A stretch of DNA of 64,000 nt from the human T2T-CHM13v2.0 reference genome, Homo sapiens: assembly GCF_009914755.1 (NCBI RefSeq), contig NC_060937.1, one strand, 5' to 3'. How positions within the stretch are numbered: position 1 is the stretch's first letter; each line of letters opens with the position of its first letter. This document shows positions 28,329 through 43,350 of the stretch, piece by piece. The translations under genes were made by a program, and so were the position numbers. The notes under the pieces were generated by a model. That model did no database searches, was not told where the DNA came from, and was given only the letters and a program-made list of their open reading frames with translations.

Positions 28329-28691
28329 TGTATCAGTCTACAAAGAACTGCCTGGGACTGGGTGATTTATGAAGCAAAGAGGTTTAATTGACTTACAGTT
28401 AAGCATGGCTGAGGAGGCCTCAGGAAACTTGCAATCACGGCAGAAGAGGAAGGGGAGGCAAGGCCCCTTCTTCAGAGGGCGGCAGGAAGGAGAAGTGCGA
28501 GCAAAGGGGGAAGACCTCCTTATAAAACCATCAGATCTCGTTAAGAGCTAACTCACTATCACAACAACAGCATGGGGAACCGCCCCCATGATTCAGTCAC
28601 CTCCACCTGGTCTCTCCCTTGACATGAGGGGATTATGAGGATTACAATTCAAGATGAGATTTGGGTGGGGACACAAAGCCTAACCATATCA
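28329..28691 (-). mobile_element. THE1 solo LTR
   Basis: Antisense THE1 (GAGGTTTAATTGACTTACAG...GGGACACAAAGCCTAACCATATCA); TSD GGAGC/GTAGC. Confidence 0.88.
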
Positions 28692-29750
28692 GTAGCTTAG
28701 GAAAGCAACCAGAGATCAATAAAGACAGTCTGACATAAAGCTAGACAGACCATACAAGCAAGTCACATAAAAATAATTCAGATGGCCAATAAGCATATAA
28801 AAATACTGCCAGTGAAGCTTCCCTGTACTGAGGCTGGCTTAAAATTCTGTTCAAGCCCTTGTTTCAGTTCTGTTGAAAACATTTTGCTCCATTAGAAGTA
28901 TTAAAGTTTAAGACTGATTCTGGAAAGTCTGTATTTGAGGCAGTTACCTGATCTGTTACCTGATCTTTTAATTTTGATCAAGTCTGACAGGTACAAATGA
29001 CAATTCTTTTTTTTTCTTAATTTGCAAATTTTTATTCATTATGTAGAGTGATCAATCAAGTTGTCTCATTATGTTAAGGGCACTCTCCTGATTTTGGCAG
29101 AAACGCATTCTTGTCACATTTCATAAGTTAAGTAAGGTTGAAAAAATGTTTCTATTCTTTAAGCACAGAAATTAAAAGCTGGATGGGGGAGCAGAGCGTG
29201 CGACTTACTGTAGGACAGCATGTGTCACATCAGGAAAGCTGCTGGTTGGACATCAATTGCATTTTAATTTCACTTTTAGTGTGTTTCTAATTTCTTTTCC
29301 ATGAGCTGTCTCTTCCAAGGTTAAATGAGTTGATCCCTTGGCAGTTTCAAAAATAGCCACTAATACTTTAAAAATCACCATTCCAGCCTTAAAAATCCTC
29401 ACACATTCCATGGGCCAATTTAATTAACATTGGTTTCCAGGATTGAGATCTGAGGCAATTTGAATAAAATGATTAAATTAAGGATGGACCAGATCATGGT
29501 GGGCATTTTGGGTAAATCAAAGAAACCGCAGTTTCCCCGAGGCTTTCTGGGCAGCATCCTTGATCATGAAAGTGACACCTCTGCTCATGGTTCTTGTCCT
29601 TGACTCTGTCCTCCTGGAACAAAATTACTCTTGGCTCCCATCTGGTCCTGGACTTCCTATGATATACTAATTTTTCTGTCATCTTGTTTCCCCCCATCTC
29701 TGCCAGTTTTTAGAGTCTTTTAAAAGAGATTTATTTTATGACTTGGAGAT

Positions 29751-29752
<2 letters not shown>

Positions 29753-29800
<48 letters not shown>
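29753..29800. repeat. (AGAT)12 tetranucleotide STR
   Basis: Twelve uninterrupted AGAT units. Confidence 0.95.
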
Positions 29801-31699
29801 GACAGGTGAACTTCTGTGTTTGGGGAGGCATGAGGAGCTCTCAGTCTCTTTTTAAGACTTAAAATATTTGCAATATGCACATTACCTGGATCACTTAATT
29901 TCCAACAACAAACACCAACCAGGTGCATGGCAGGATATTCATGCCACAGGTCTCTGAGAAAGGAAGAATTTGTTGTCACCTTTTTAGAGAGCCTGTGAGA
30001 ACAAAAGTAGCCTTAGCTGATCACAGCCTTCTACAATTTCCACCCAGATTGCCTCCCCCACTCCTCTGTTCCCAATCCCTCCTCCTGACACAAACATTTA
30101 AAAAAAAATGAGTGTGCCAGAATTTAAATGTCATCTTTCTTCTGGAGATTAAATCCGTTGTGTGTGTCAAAGGGCTTGGAAATATTCCTACGTTATAATG
30201 CGATCATTTTACTTCTGGGGTTCTATCTTAAGGAGCTAATACCAAATATGGAAAAAGCCACACGTTCAAAGATATAAATTGTTTCATTGTTCATGCACTA
30301 AGATAGGATCATCTGCCCTCCCTTGCCTTTGAGGTAGAACACTTATCCACCCCTCTACAAGGGATCTGGGCCATTCCAAAGAGTATAATACAATGGGATC
30401 TTTTGTAAAAGAGAGAAAACAACAGAGACTGTACTAGCAAAACAACACACTGCAGATGACAATAAGATTCACTGCTTTCCTGGCTATCTCATTCCTGTGG
30501 GAGTGTGTTCTTCTTCCCCTCCTCTGCCATATACTGGAGAACTTGAAGCCCTCCTTCTTCAAGAAAGAAAACTGTTGGCTGAGAGTCTCTGTCATGAACC
30601 AAGTATGAGAAGAGCACAAAAGACCCTGGGACAAGACAAAAAGAAAAGGTTGGGGGGCGGGGAACCACAGGGATTGAAAAGCATGGGAGAAGAGGAAGGT
30701 AGACCAGATGCCCCAGTGGGCTGGTGCCTCAAGGGGGAAAGCAGCAAAGGATTTTCTGAGTCCTTTCAACTCTGTACATGCCTATTCGTTCAGTAGAAAT
30801 ATTTTCTTTTGTACTGGACCTCCTTGCTTGGGTTCCCTTGAAAACAGAGACAGAGGCAAGGATGAAAGTGGTTGTGCCTTATTTGGGAGGTGCAGACCTG
30901 GGACAGCAAGGGTGAGGGTGCGGGGCTGGAGGCAGGGAGAGGAGGAGACCATGTGGAGTGACGCAGCCCTGTGCACCCTGCAGCTCACACCATGCCTGCA
31001 TCCACTTGGTGTGAGGGCTGCAAGAAGCCACGCCCCGGAGCACCACAGACCCCGAAAATGGAGGGGGCCAGCTGCTGGCCACCCTCTGATCTCTGTTTCC
31101 CATTGCTCAGTGCTTGCCTCTCCTGGCTGCACCACCTGCCTTTCTGTCCCTTGAGGCTGCTTGGAACTCAGGTGCGCACTCAGCAGGATGGGAAGAATAA
31201 GAAACAGCAACTAGACATTCAGCCACGTGGGGCCGGGAGCAGGACTGGCACCCTGTGCAGTGACCGTGGCTCTGGAGCTGGAGGAGCAGCCGGGAGGCCG
31301 GCACTGCAGAGGGAAGCCAGGCAGTGCTGAAGCTGGAGAAGGAAATGAGTACAGCGATAAAAGCAAAAGTGTGAAATTAGCTGTATGTCCAAATGGTAAG
31401 CCAACCATCTACCTAGTGGATAAAACATTAATCAGCCATTAACATAATTTAATGAAGATAACACTATAACACAAGAAAATGTTTATAAAATAAATTTTAA
31501 AAATTCATCCGTATTCCAGGTTACTGGTATACTGTGATTACAGTTATGTTAAAGCCAAATAAAAGTTGGGAGATTCACTTCTGAAATGACAGAGTGAGGG
31601 TTAACAGATTGTTCCTCCAAAAAGCTACTATAAAATTGGACAAAACTGTGACAAACAACCATTTTAATGCTCTGGAAATCATCAAAAGTCATATAATAA

Positions 31700-33190
31700 A
31701 CCTTATAAAAATGAAAATATAGCATATCCAAATTTATGGGACACAGCATGATGAGAGGTAAATTGAAGTCACCAAATGTACACATTAGAAAAGATCTGAA
31801 ATCATTAATCTAAGCTGCCGCCTCGAGAACCCAGACAAAGAAGAACAAAATAAACTCAAAGCAAAGAGAAAAAAGAAAATATGAAGAAAAGAGAAATCTG
31901 AGAAATTGAAAACAGAAGAACAATCAATACAAGCAATGAAAGAAAGAGCTTGTTCTTTGAAAAGATCAATGCAACTGACAAACTTCTAGCAAGACTGACA
32001 CAGAAAAAGAAGAGAGAAGACACAAATGACCAGGATCAGGAATAAAACAGACATTACCACAGGCCATAAGGACATCAAAGGGACATTAGGGAAGTGTGTG
32101 ATCAACTCTACATACATAAATGTGACAACTTAGAAGAAATGGGTCAAAAATGTTCCTAAAAAGATGCAAACTGCCAAAACTCACACCATATAAAATGTAT
32201 GTTTTGAATAGCCCTATAAATATTAAGAAAATTAAATTTTAATTTTATCCCCACACCGTTACAATCAAACTTAAAGAAGTCTCCAGGTCAAGATGGCTTC
32301 TCTGGACAATTCTACCAAATATTTAAAGAAAAATCAACACAAATTCTACACAGCATCTTCCAGAAAATAGAAGAGGAGGGAATATGTCCCAATTCATTCT
32401 ATGAAGCTAGTATTATCCTGATATCAAACCAGACAAAAAATATACAAGAAAAGAAAACTATAGACTACTATCCCTCTTGAACATAGATACAGAAATTCTT
32501 AACAAAATGTTAGAAACCAAATCCAGAAAACATAAAAAAGATTAACATGATCTAATGTTATTCATTCCAGGACTACAAGACTGAATTAACATGCAAACTT
32601 CAATTCTCCTTGTATACCATATTTACAGAATAAAGGCAAAAAAAAAACGCATTCTATTTACATTCATCTCAATAGGTAGAGAAAGAGCATTTTTGGACAA
32701 ACTAAAGAACTATTCATGATAAAAGAAAAAAAAAACCTCTCAAAAACTCGGAGTGAAAAAGAACATCCTTAACCAAATAAAAATAAACGGTAAAGGACAA
32801 CTGTGAAAAGCTTGCAGCTGACTTCATCCTTAATGATTAGAGACTGAGTGTGTGCTCCCTAAGACCAGGAACACGAGTCGGATGTTCTCTCTCGACACTC
32901 CTAATTAACACTGTACTGGACGGTCTAGCCGGTGCAATAAGGCTAAATAAAGAAATAAATGTAACCAAATTTCAAAAGAAGAATAAATAAAATGTTCTTT
33001 ATTTTCCGATGATTTGATCCCATATGTAGAAAACCCTAAGAAATCCACAAAAAGCGCCTAGAATGCGTGAGTGTAGCTGGATTGCAGGATACGAGGTCGG
33101 TATACAAAACTCGGTTGTCTTTCCACAAACAGGCAATGAACAATCTGAATATGAAAGTAAGAAAACAGCTCCATTCAAAAAGAATGTCTT
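31700..33190 (+). mobile_element. L1M ORF2 fragment (degenerate)
   Basis: A-rich, with TTCTTTGAAAAGATCAAT, CAGAAAATAGAAGAGGAGGGAA, CAATTCATTCTATGAAGCTAG and ATATGTAGAAAACCCTAA ORF2 motifs. Confidence 0.85.
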
Positions 33191-33521
33191 ACAGTAGAGT
33201 GTTCAAACCAGCAACCAGGCCTCATTTAAGGATTGCCATGGTGTACCTCAGAGAAAGGGTCCGTGAGGCCAGATTTGCATGGGGGATGGGAGAAAATGGT
33301 TTAAAAAATAGGTCGTATCTGCTGTCCTGTCGCCCACACATAGGGGTGAGACACCAGTGCTGGGGAGGAGTGCTGGGGACTCAGAGGCAATGCAAATACA
33401 GTTGACTTCTAGAGACGGCGCTAAGTTCAGCCCAGAAAACCGCGTCCAAACCAGGCTGCATTCCAGTGGGGCTCAGTGCCTGGCAGCTACGGAGCGAAGC
33501 CCCAGGGAGGCTCCAGGCTGC

Positions 33522-34248
<727 letters not shown>

Positions 34249-34529
34249 TTGTTTTATTTGTTTTCATAGTTGAAAGCAACCTCAGCTCTTTGTCCAAAGT
34301 CAAATGTAGAAAGACACTTAATAAAAATGGAAAGTCCCTCCCCACACACCTGCCCCTCATCAGAGGTAATAATGCAAGTTAAACTGTGTTTTCCACACAA
34401 TTACAAATAATTTCTATATTTTTGCCACACATTTTTACATGGTTGCTGTTCAAATGAGATGGGAAGGTTTGTAAAATGCCTGCACAATAAATACATTTTT
34501 CCATAAAATCCTTTTGTTCAATCGAGTTT

Positions 34530-34825
34530 TTTAAAGACAGGTTTCCTGAGGCACAATTTGCGTATATTAAAATTCACCCTTTTAATGTGTAGGTCTGAGT
34601 TCAGTGTTGACAAACACATAGGGTCATGAAACCACCTTTACACTCAAGATGGAAAAATTCCAGCCCCCCAATTCCCTTGTGCCTCTTGGTAGACGATTCC
34701 TCCCTGACCTGGCTAAGCCTGCTCTGTTTATGGGGCCGCCACACTTTGTCTTTTCTGGAATGTCATTAAAGGAAATCATGTCGTGTGTAGCCTTTTGAAT
34801 TTGGCTTCTTTCACATGGCATGATC
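34530..34825 (-). mobile_element. Old L1M 3' end fragment
   Basis: AAAATTCACCCTTTTAATGTGTA and TGTCTTTTCTGGAATGTCAT...TGGCTTCTTTCAC motifs. Confidence 0.65.
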
Positions 34826-34859
34826 TCTGTGTATTTTTAGTATGAATCTCAGTCTATTA

Positions 34860-35465
<606 letters not shown>

Positions 35466-36783
35466 TCACCTTGTCCAAAACTCTGTGTGCCTTGTGGGAT
35501 TTACCGGTGTTTCATTGGGAGCTCCACGGGGTGAGCAGTGAGGTAAGTTCTACCCAGAAAGTCTGGTTCCTCTGGCCTAAGGACACAGCACCACTGACCA
35601 ACAACCCAACCACTGGCCTTGCAACTGACAGAGGCTGTCGGCCAGGCAGCTGGAGTCATGACTGCCAGGAACAGAGAGACAGCTGAGGGTTGCACATCCT
35701 CCTTGCTGGCTCTGCAGAGAAGGTCCCCCAGGCTCACAGCTGGGCCATTTGAGGCCTCTTGTCACACCTCGCTGTGGGTTCTCTCTCCCGAGGAATGGTG
35801 AGCTTCTGAGGAACCACACCCGTCCTGTCTTCCCAGATGTTTCCACCTGGGAATTTCTTTTTCTGTCATTCGCTCTTCTGTCTCTGCATCCCCTCATCTA
35901 CTGAAAGTCCTACTTACAGGAGATATAAAATTTTTCTTTTCGATTATAGGTCTTCCCTGATAGTAAATAAATTCCCTGCAAGCCCTTCCATTTTACAACT
36001 TGCATTCACGTCAACACTTTTCTTTCAGCAGGAACTTCATTTCCTGTGTCCTTTCTCTCCAGTAAATGTGTGTGCCAGGTATTAGGGCCAGGTATTAGGG
36101 CCACTGCCTTTTATGCGGAGAGCTCAGGTTTTCGTTTGGTGATCATCACCCACAAATGTTCGGTCTGGTGTGTGTGCCCAGCACGTTGTGGGGAGAGATG
36201 GGATGAAAGGCACTGGGCCTCCCTGGCTCTCCCTGCCCTCTTTGTTCCAAGAGTCGTTGCACTTGGCTGTGGAATGGATGGTGAAGTGTGAATTTTGGGA
36301 GGCTTCACAGGGAATAGATTGCCCGTTGTGATGAATGCACTTTAGAAATGACAACAAGAATAAAGTTGACTTTGAGCCTACCGATCTCGTGCAGCAGTGC
36401 TCAAGGAAAGATGATGGACAGAATGCCTGCACAGCCCGCCTTCTGGAGTAGGACGGTGCCTGTCTACACTCTGCAGCACTACTTCCTGGTGAGGGCTGCC
36501 AATAACTAGGTCCTGGTCAGAAGTTGCGCTGACAGAAGAATAATGGACTAAAGTGGACCACACGCAATTTGAAGGGGATGATTTTAAAGTACTGTGGTGG
36601 GTCCATCAAGCTCATCTTCATAATACAAGATATGTTTATGTTGACATTGGCTTTTGGGTGACAGGGACCTTGACTGGAGACAAGAGAGGCAGTAAAATAG
36701 ACTCCAAAACAGCCATTCAATGTTCAGCGTTTAGAGCACCGTACAGTGTGGTGCCATTCTGCCCTCTTGGGTCAGACCAAACG

Positions 36784-37285
36784 TGCATTAGTCTGCTGGA
36801 TAACAAATTACCCCAAAACTCAGCAGATGCAAACCACAAGCGCACACTTGCTCTCCTGATTCCTGTGACTTGGGAATTTGGTAGCAGCTTGCCTAAGTTG
36901 TTCTGGCTTGGGGGTCTTGTGAGATTGCAGTCAAGATGAGAGCCAGGAGCAGTCATTTGAGGGCTTGATGGGGGCTGGAGGATATTCCATGGCTGATGGG
37001 TTGGTATTGGCTTCTGGTGGGAAGCTTCCATTGCTTTCCATGTAGACCTCTCCCAGGGCTGCTTGAGTGCCCTTACAACATGGTGGCTGGGTTCTCCAGA
37101 GTATGCAAGGCAAGAAAGAGAGAAAACTAGGTGGAAGCTTTATTTTTTAAAAAAATTTTGAATAACCTAGCCTTCCTAGTGGAAGTCACACAGTTTCTCT
37201 TCTGTCACTATCTATTCATTAGACATGAGTCATGAAGTCCAACCACCATCCAAGAGGAGGAGAATTAAACTCCACCTTTTAAAGC
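36784..37285 (-). mobile_element. Old MLT1 MaLR LTR
   Basis: TAACAAATTACCCCAAAACTCAG and CTTACAACATGGTGGCTGG...GAAGTCACACAG motifs. Confidence 0.7.
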
Positions 37286-37290
37286 CACCA

Positions 37291-37640
37291 TGATATGGTT
37301 TGGCTGTGTCCCCACCCAAATCTCATCTTGAATTCCCACATGTTGTGGGAGGGACCTGATGGGAAGTAATTGAATCATGGGGGCAGGTCTTTCCTGTGCT
37401 GTTCTCATGATAGTGAATGAGTCTCATGAGATATGATGGCTTTATAAGGCGGAGTTTCCTTGCACAAGTTCTGGCTCTTTGCCTGCTGCCATCCATGTAA
37501 GATGTGACTTGCTCCTCCTTGCCTTCCACCGTGATTGTAAGGCTTCCCCAGCCATATGGAACGGTAAGTCCAATTAAAACTTTTCCTTTTGTAAATTGCC
37601 CAGTCTTAGGTAGGTTGTTATCAGCAGTGTGAAAACCTGC
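37291..37640 (+). mobile_element. THE1 (THE1B/C-like) solo LTR
   Basis: TGATATGGTTTGGCTGTGTCCCCACCCAAATCTCATCTTGAATTCCCAC start; ...ATCAGCAGTGTGAAAAC end. Confidence 0.9.
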
Positions 37641-37809
37641 TTTTTTCTGTCACCACATGCTTTTCTCTGGTCAGACCACACTCAGGAAATGGTGTTTTCT
37701 GTGAGGAGGTCAGACACGTGGGGTGCTTGTGCAGGGGGAAGAGATCAGATGGTGAAGAAATGGAGCCTGTGAAACCTAAGAAACCATTGAAAAGGCAGAT
37801 GACATTTAG

Positions 37810-38985
37810 CCTATGTTGGGGGAACACTACAGCATATCCTAACCTTTCCTGTACTTGTCTTTATGAAAATGGAACTGCATAAATTATTTTGTGTTAAGCT
37901 TCTTTTGCTTAACCTTATGCTTATAAGACTATATTTATTACTGGGTATAGTTGGACTTCTTCCATTTTTCTTAAAAGATAACTCCATTATAGTTCCGTAT
38001 TCCATTGTATGCACATGCTACAATTTCTCTATTCATTTTACTTTTGACGGACATTGGGGCTGTTTCCAGTTTTAGGGTGTTGGGACTAATGGAACTATGA
38101 ACGTTCTTGGACATGTCTGCTGTTGCAGATCTGCATATTTCTCTGTTAAATAAATGTTTAGGAGGAGAATTGCTAGGTCACAGGGAAGTGTATGTTAAAT
38201 GTCAGGAAATAATGTTCAACTGTTTCCCAAAATGGCTTTACAATTTACACTCTGACCAAGGGTGTATTAGAGTTCCCATTGCTATATCCTTATCAGCATT
38301 TGATAATGTCAGTGTTTTTAATTTTAGCTGCTCTGGTGGGTGTAAAGTGATACCTCGGTGTGGTTTAATCTGCATTTCTCTCACTACTTAATGATGAAAT
38401 GGATCATCCATCAATATGATTATTGGCCAACTGGATACTTCTATTTATTTGTTCATTTTTTGTGAAGTGCCTGTTCAAGCCTCTTACATATTTTATTATG
38501 GATTGTTTGTCTTTTTCTAATTGACATATGAGATTGTAATATAAACTCCTGATGCAATCTTCTTGTCAGTTACATATGTTTCTTCCATTTCCTGGCTTGC
38601 CCTTCTATTCTCTTAATATTGCATTTTGATGATCAAAAGCTCTTATTTTTTAAAAATTGAAGTTAAAAAATTTTACAAAAATTTCAAACACCATTTATAA
38701 GTATTTCAGTACATATCATGGAAAGATAAGGACTCCTAAAATACAGACCAATATTAACAATAATTTATTAATATCATTAAGTATCTAGGGTTCAAATTTC
38801 CCCACTTGTCTCACAAATGCTTTGATTTTAGTTTGTTTGAAGTGAGGTCCAGAAAAGCTCCCTGCATTGCCGTTGGCTGACACATCTCCTAAGGCTCTTT
38901 TAATATCAGTTCACCCCTATATTTTACTCATTTTCCTCAGCAATTTATTTGCTGAAGGAACTAGGTCACTTGTTCCATAAGTTAC
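37810..38985 (-). mobile_element. Old L1M fragments
   Basis: GACATTGGGGCTGTTTCCAGTTT, GAATTGCTAGGTCA and GTGGTTTAATCTGCATTTCTC antisense L1 motifs. Confidence 0.75.
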
Positions 38986-39522
38986 TCTAGGTTGGATCTG
39001 TGCTGTCCAAGAGCAAGTGTTTTCATCAACCCAGGACCAACCTCAAGCCCTGGACTCACACCCAGGCAGTCAGGGGACTGTCTGGTTGAGGCAGCAGAGA
39101 CTCCAGGTGGGGCCTCTGTATCCCCTGCCCGCATGCTGCTTGTGCTGAGCCCAGAGCATCCCCTTCTTCTCACTACATGCTTTAAATGGGAGTAATAAAG
39201 TGAAGGGTTCATTTGTCTTCATTTGCTCTGAGGCTGTGTGTTTTGTGGCCTCTGGGATCACCTATCTGAGAGTGACCTTGAGAGCATGCTTGCATGGAGA
39301 TCATTCCCCACACAACTGCCTGTAAAAATCCATTGATATTTATTTCCATTGCAATTTCAGCTACCTGAGCATCATTCAGGGAGAATTAACTTCTTTATGA
39401 CATCATCTTTTCAATTCAGTATCTCCTCCATTTATTTAGTATTTATTTCTCACAATAATGCTGTTTCTGCACAGAACTATTGCATACCTTATGTTAAATA
39501 TATTTGATAGTCGATGTTTTTA

Positions 39523-39764
<242 letters not shown>

Positions 39765-40262
39765 TGTTGACCCTGCACCCATAAATGATTTAAACTCACT
39801 TATTAATTCTAATTATATTTGAAGTCTTTTAAGCTTTCTACATACAAAATCATATCATCCACTAATAGAATTTTTTTTCCTACCCAATCATTTTTATTTC
39901 CTCACCTTATTGCACCAGGAAAAACCTCCAGTAAAAGGTGAACATATGTGGGTAGGTGAGCATTCTTGTTTGTTCCTAATCTCAGAACACTATCAACATT
40001 TTGCTATATTCAGTGTGATGCCTGCTGTAAGGTTTTTGTTGTTTCCCTTAATTTGGATAAGAAAGTTCCATTTTCTTATATTACAAATGTGTATTTATTG
40101 AACACTTTTCTGCACAGATTAAGATAATCAGATGATTTTTCTTTTTTCTTTCTTGTTAACGTGATGAATTATACTGGTTAATTTCCAAACGTTAACCCAT
40201 CTTGTATTCCTGGAATAAACCTGACGTGCTCACGGTTTCCATCTAGGCTCGTGAGTGGTTAG

Positions 40263-40685
40263 TGATGTGGTTTGGATATTCGTCCTGCCAAATCTCATGT
40301 TGAGATGTGATCCCAGTATTAGGGGTGGGGCTCGGTGGGAGGCGATGGGATCACAGGGTGGATTTCTCATGAGTAGTTTAGCATCATCCTCTTGGTGCAT
40401 CCTTAAGATAGTGAATCAGTCCGCCCGAGATCTGGTTGTTTAAAAGTGTGTGGCACCTTCCGTCTCCCTCTCTTTCTCGCTCCTGCTCTCAGTGGGCGAC
40501 GTGCCTGCTCCCGCTTCACCTTCCGCCATGAGCGAAAGCTCCCTGAGGCCTCCCAGAAGCCGAGCAGACGCTGGAGCCAAGCTTCCTTACAGCCCGCAGA
40601 ACCAGGAGCCAGTGAAACCTCTTTTCTCTACAAATTACCCAGTCTTAGGTATTTCTTTATAGTGATGCAAAACCGGCCTAACACA
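40263..40685 (+). mobile_element. MST-family (MSTA/B) solo LTR
   Basis: TGATGTGGTTTGGATATT...CCGGCCTAACACA; TSD GTTAG/GTTGG. Confidence 0.88.
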
Positions 40686-42989
40686 GTTGGCTTGCAGTTT
40701 TCCTCTCCTGAAATGTCAGGTTTTGGCATCAGTGCTGTTTTCGTGTCATAAAATAAATATGCAGTGCTCCTTCTTTACTTATTCTCTGTAAGAATTTGTG
40801 TTTGCCATTTCATTGTTAGACGTTTATAAGAATTTACTGGCGAATTCATTTGGGATTAAAGAGTTCTTTGTGGGAAGATTTTAAATTGTACCTTCAGACA
40901 ATAAATTTAGAATTAGGACTATACAGATTTCTTTCTGGTGTATATTTTGAAAATTTGCACTTCTTAAAGGAATTTGTCTATTTTATCTAAAATTTCAAGT
41001 TTATTGATTAAAAAGTTGCTTATAATATCCTCTTATCATTTTAATGAGGAAGATTCTATATGACCTTTTACAGTCTTGAAATTTTTATATCTTCCCTCTT
41101 TTCTTTGATCAGTCTCACCAATGGATGTTTAATTTTTTTAGTTATTTCAAAGAACCAAGTAATGGTTTTAATTGATCTTCTCTATTATACATTTATTTCC
41201 TATTTCATTAATTTCTTCTTTTATTTTTATAGTTTCTTTGGGTTTAAAATGCTGCTGTTTTTCTAACTTCTTAAAATGCATACTCAGCTTATTTTGGCTT
41301 TTTTCCCCTATAATATATGTTTCTAAATTCATACTTCTCTTCATGCAAGGCTTTAGCTATAACCTGAAAGCTACTGAAATGTAGTAGTTTTATTATCATT
41401 TAGTTCAAAATACTTTTAAGTTTCCACCATGGTATCTTCTGTGGCTCATGGGTTATTTAGATGTGTATATCTTACTTGCCATACATGAGGATTTTCCGAG
41501 TGTCTTTTTATTACTTATTTCTAGTTTAATTCATTGTGGTGAGAGAAAATATCCATGTCCTTCAACTCGAATCATCTTTCATCGTGGGCATCCTAGTGGG
41601 TGTGAGATGGTGTCTCACTGTGGTTTTGATTTGCATTTCCCTAATGATTAGTGACGTTGAGCATCTTTTCATGTGCTTCTTGGCCATTTGTAGGTCTTTG
41701 GAGAAATGTCTATTTAATTGCTTTGCCCATTTTTGAATGTTTGTTGTTGTTGTTGTTGTTGAGTTGTGGGAATTCTTTATATATTCTAGATATCAACCCT
41801 TTATCAAGTATCTGATTCGCACATATTTTCTCACACCCCATGGGTTGCCTTTGATGGCTGTGTCCCTTGTTGCACAGGCTTAAATTTTGATGTGATCAAA
41901 TTTATGTCTTATTTCCTCTGTTGCCTGTGCTTTCAGTGTCATATCCAATAAATTACTGCCAACTGCAATGTCATGAAGGTGTTGCCGTGTGTTTTCTTCT
42001 AAGAGTTTTATAGTTTTAGTCTTACATTTAGTAAGAGCTAAATCTTACAAAATAATACTTAATAAGAGCTAAAACTATAATTAATTAAGTGTATCCATAT
42101 ATGGTAATTAATATTAAGTAATATTTGTATGTGGTGGAAGGTAAGGGTCCAACTTCATTCTTTTGCACGTGAATGTCCAATTTTCTCAACATCACTTGAT
42201 GGCAAGACTGTCTTTTCCCTCATTGAATGATCTTGGCACCCTTGTTGAAAATCATTTGTCCATATATGCAAGGGTTTATTTCTGGGCTGTGTATTTTATT
42301 CCATTAATCTATAGACATATCTTTATGCCAATACCATATTTTAAAAATTACTTTAGCTTCGAAATGTTTTGAAGTCCGAAAGTGTGAGGCCTCCAACTTT
42401 GTTCTTCCTCAAGATTGTTCTGGCAATTCAATGCCCCTTGAGATTTCATATGAATTTTAGGATGGATTTTTCTATTTCTGCAAAAATGCCATTGCGATTT
42501 GATAGGCTTTCTGATTCACTTTTGAAGTATTCTCTATATGTGGAAGGACATTAGCCCTTGGTGTAGCTTGTGACATTCATTTTTTTGTTCCATGTGGAAT
42601 ATACCTTGGAGCATGGTGTGAGGTGGTGATTTAAAACTTATTTCCCCCAGTGCTAAATCATATTTAATCCTTTCTGTACTGATTTCTGATAACACTATAT
42701 ATAAATTTCCCCTTTTCATTGGTCGGCTTCTGGTTTATTTACTTTGATCTGGCTTTACACATTTTTCTATTCCAAACTATCTGAAGTTCCTGCCCTATCA
42801 TGCTGCAAAACTTTGGTGTGTGATTCTGAGAAACAAGGACACACTCCTCCATGGTCACCCCTAGCCACCATGCATGACAGCTGTGCTGACCACCATCCCA
42901 CCCACCCTCAGGCTTTATTCACATGTCTCCAGGTGTCACAATAATGTCCCCTACAGTGAAGAATCCGGTTCACTGTAAAGGACATTATT

Positions 42990-43350
42990 GCAGCCATAAA
43001 AAAGAACGAGATCCTGTCTTTTGTGGGAACACGGATGGAGCTGCAGGCCATTATCCTTGGCAAATGAATGCAGGAACAGAAAACCAAATACCACAAGTTC
43101 TCACTTATAAGTGGGAGCTAAACAATGAGAACTCATGAACACAAAGAAGGGAAGAACAGGCACTGCGGTCTAGTTGAGGAAGGAGGGTAGGAGGAGGGAG
43201 AGAAGCAGAAAAGAGAACTATTGGGTACTGCGCTTAATACCTGGGTGATGAAATAACACGTACAACAAACCCCTGTGACATGAGTTTACCTACGTAACAA
43301 ACCTGCACATGCACCCCTGAACCTAAAATAAAATTAATAAAAATAAAAAT
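42990..43350 (+). mobile_element. L1PA (old primate, L1PA15/16-like) 3' end
   Basis: CAGCCATAAAAAAGAACGAGATC...TTCTCACTTATAAGTGGGAGCTAAAC...CCCCTGAACCTAAAATAAAA plus an A-rich tail. Confidence 0.88.

Noticed and set aside
30434-31442. Cluster of overlapping 100-150 aa ORFs in unique GC-rich DNA
   Set aside because: No recognisable domain, mostly non-ATG starts, present on both strands; expected by chance.
35540-35548. Consensus splice donor GAG|GTAAGT
   Set aside because: No convincing acceptor or promoter upstream; isolated donors are common.
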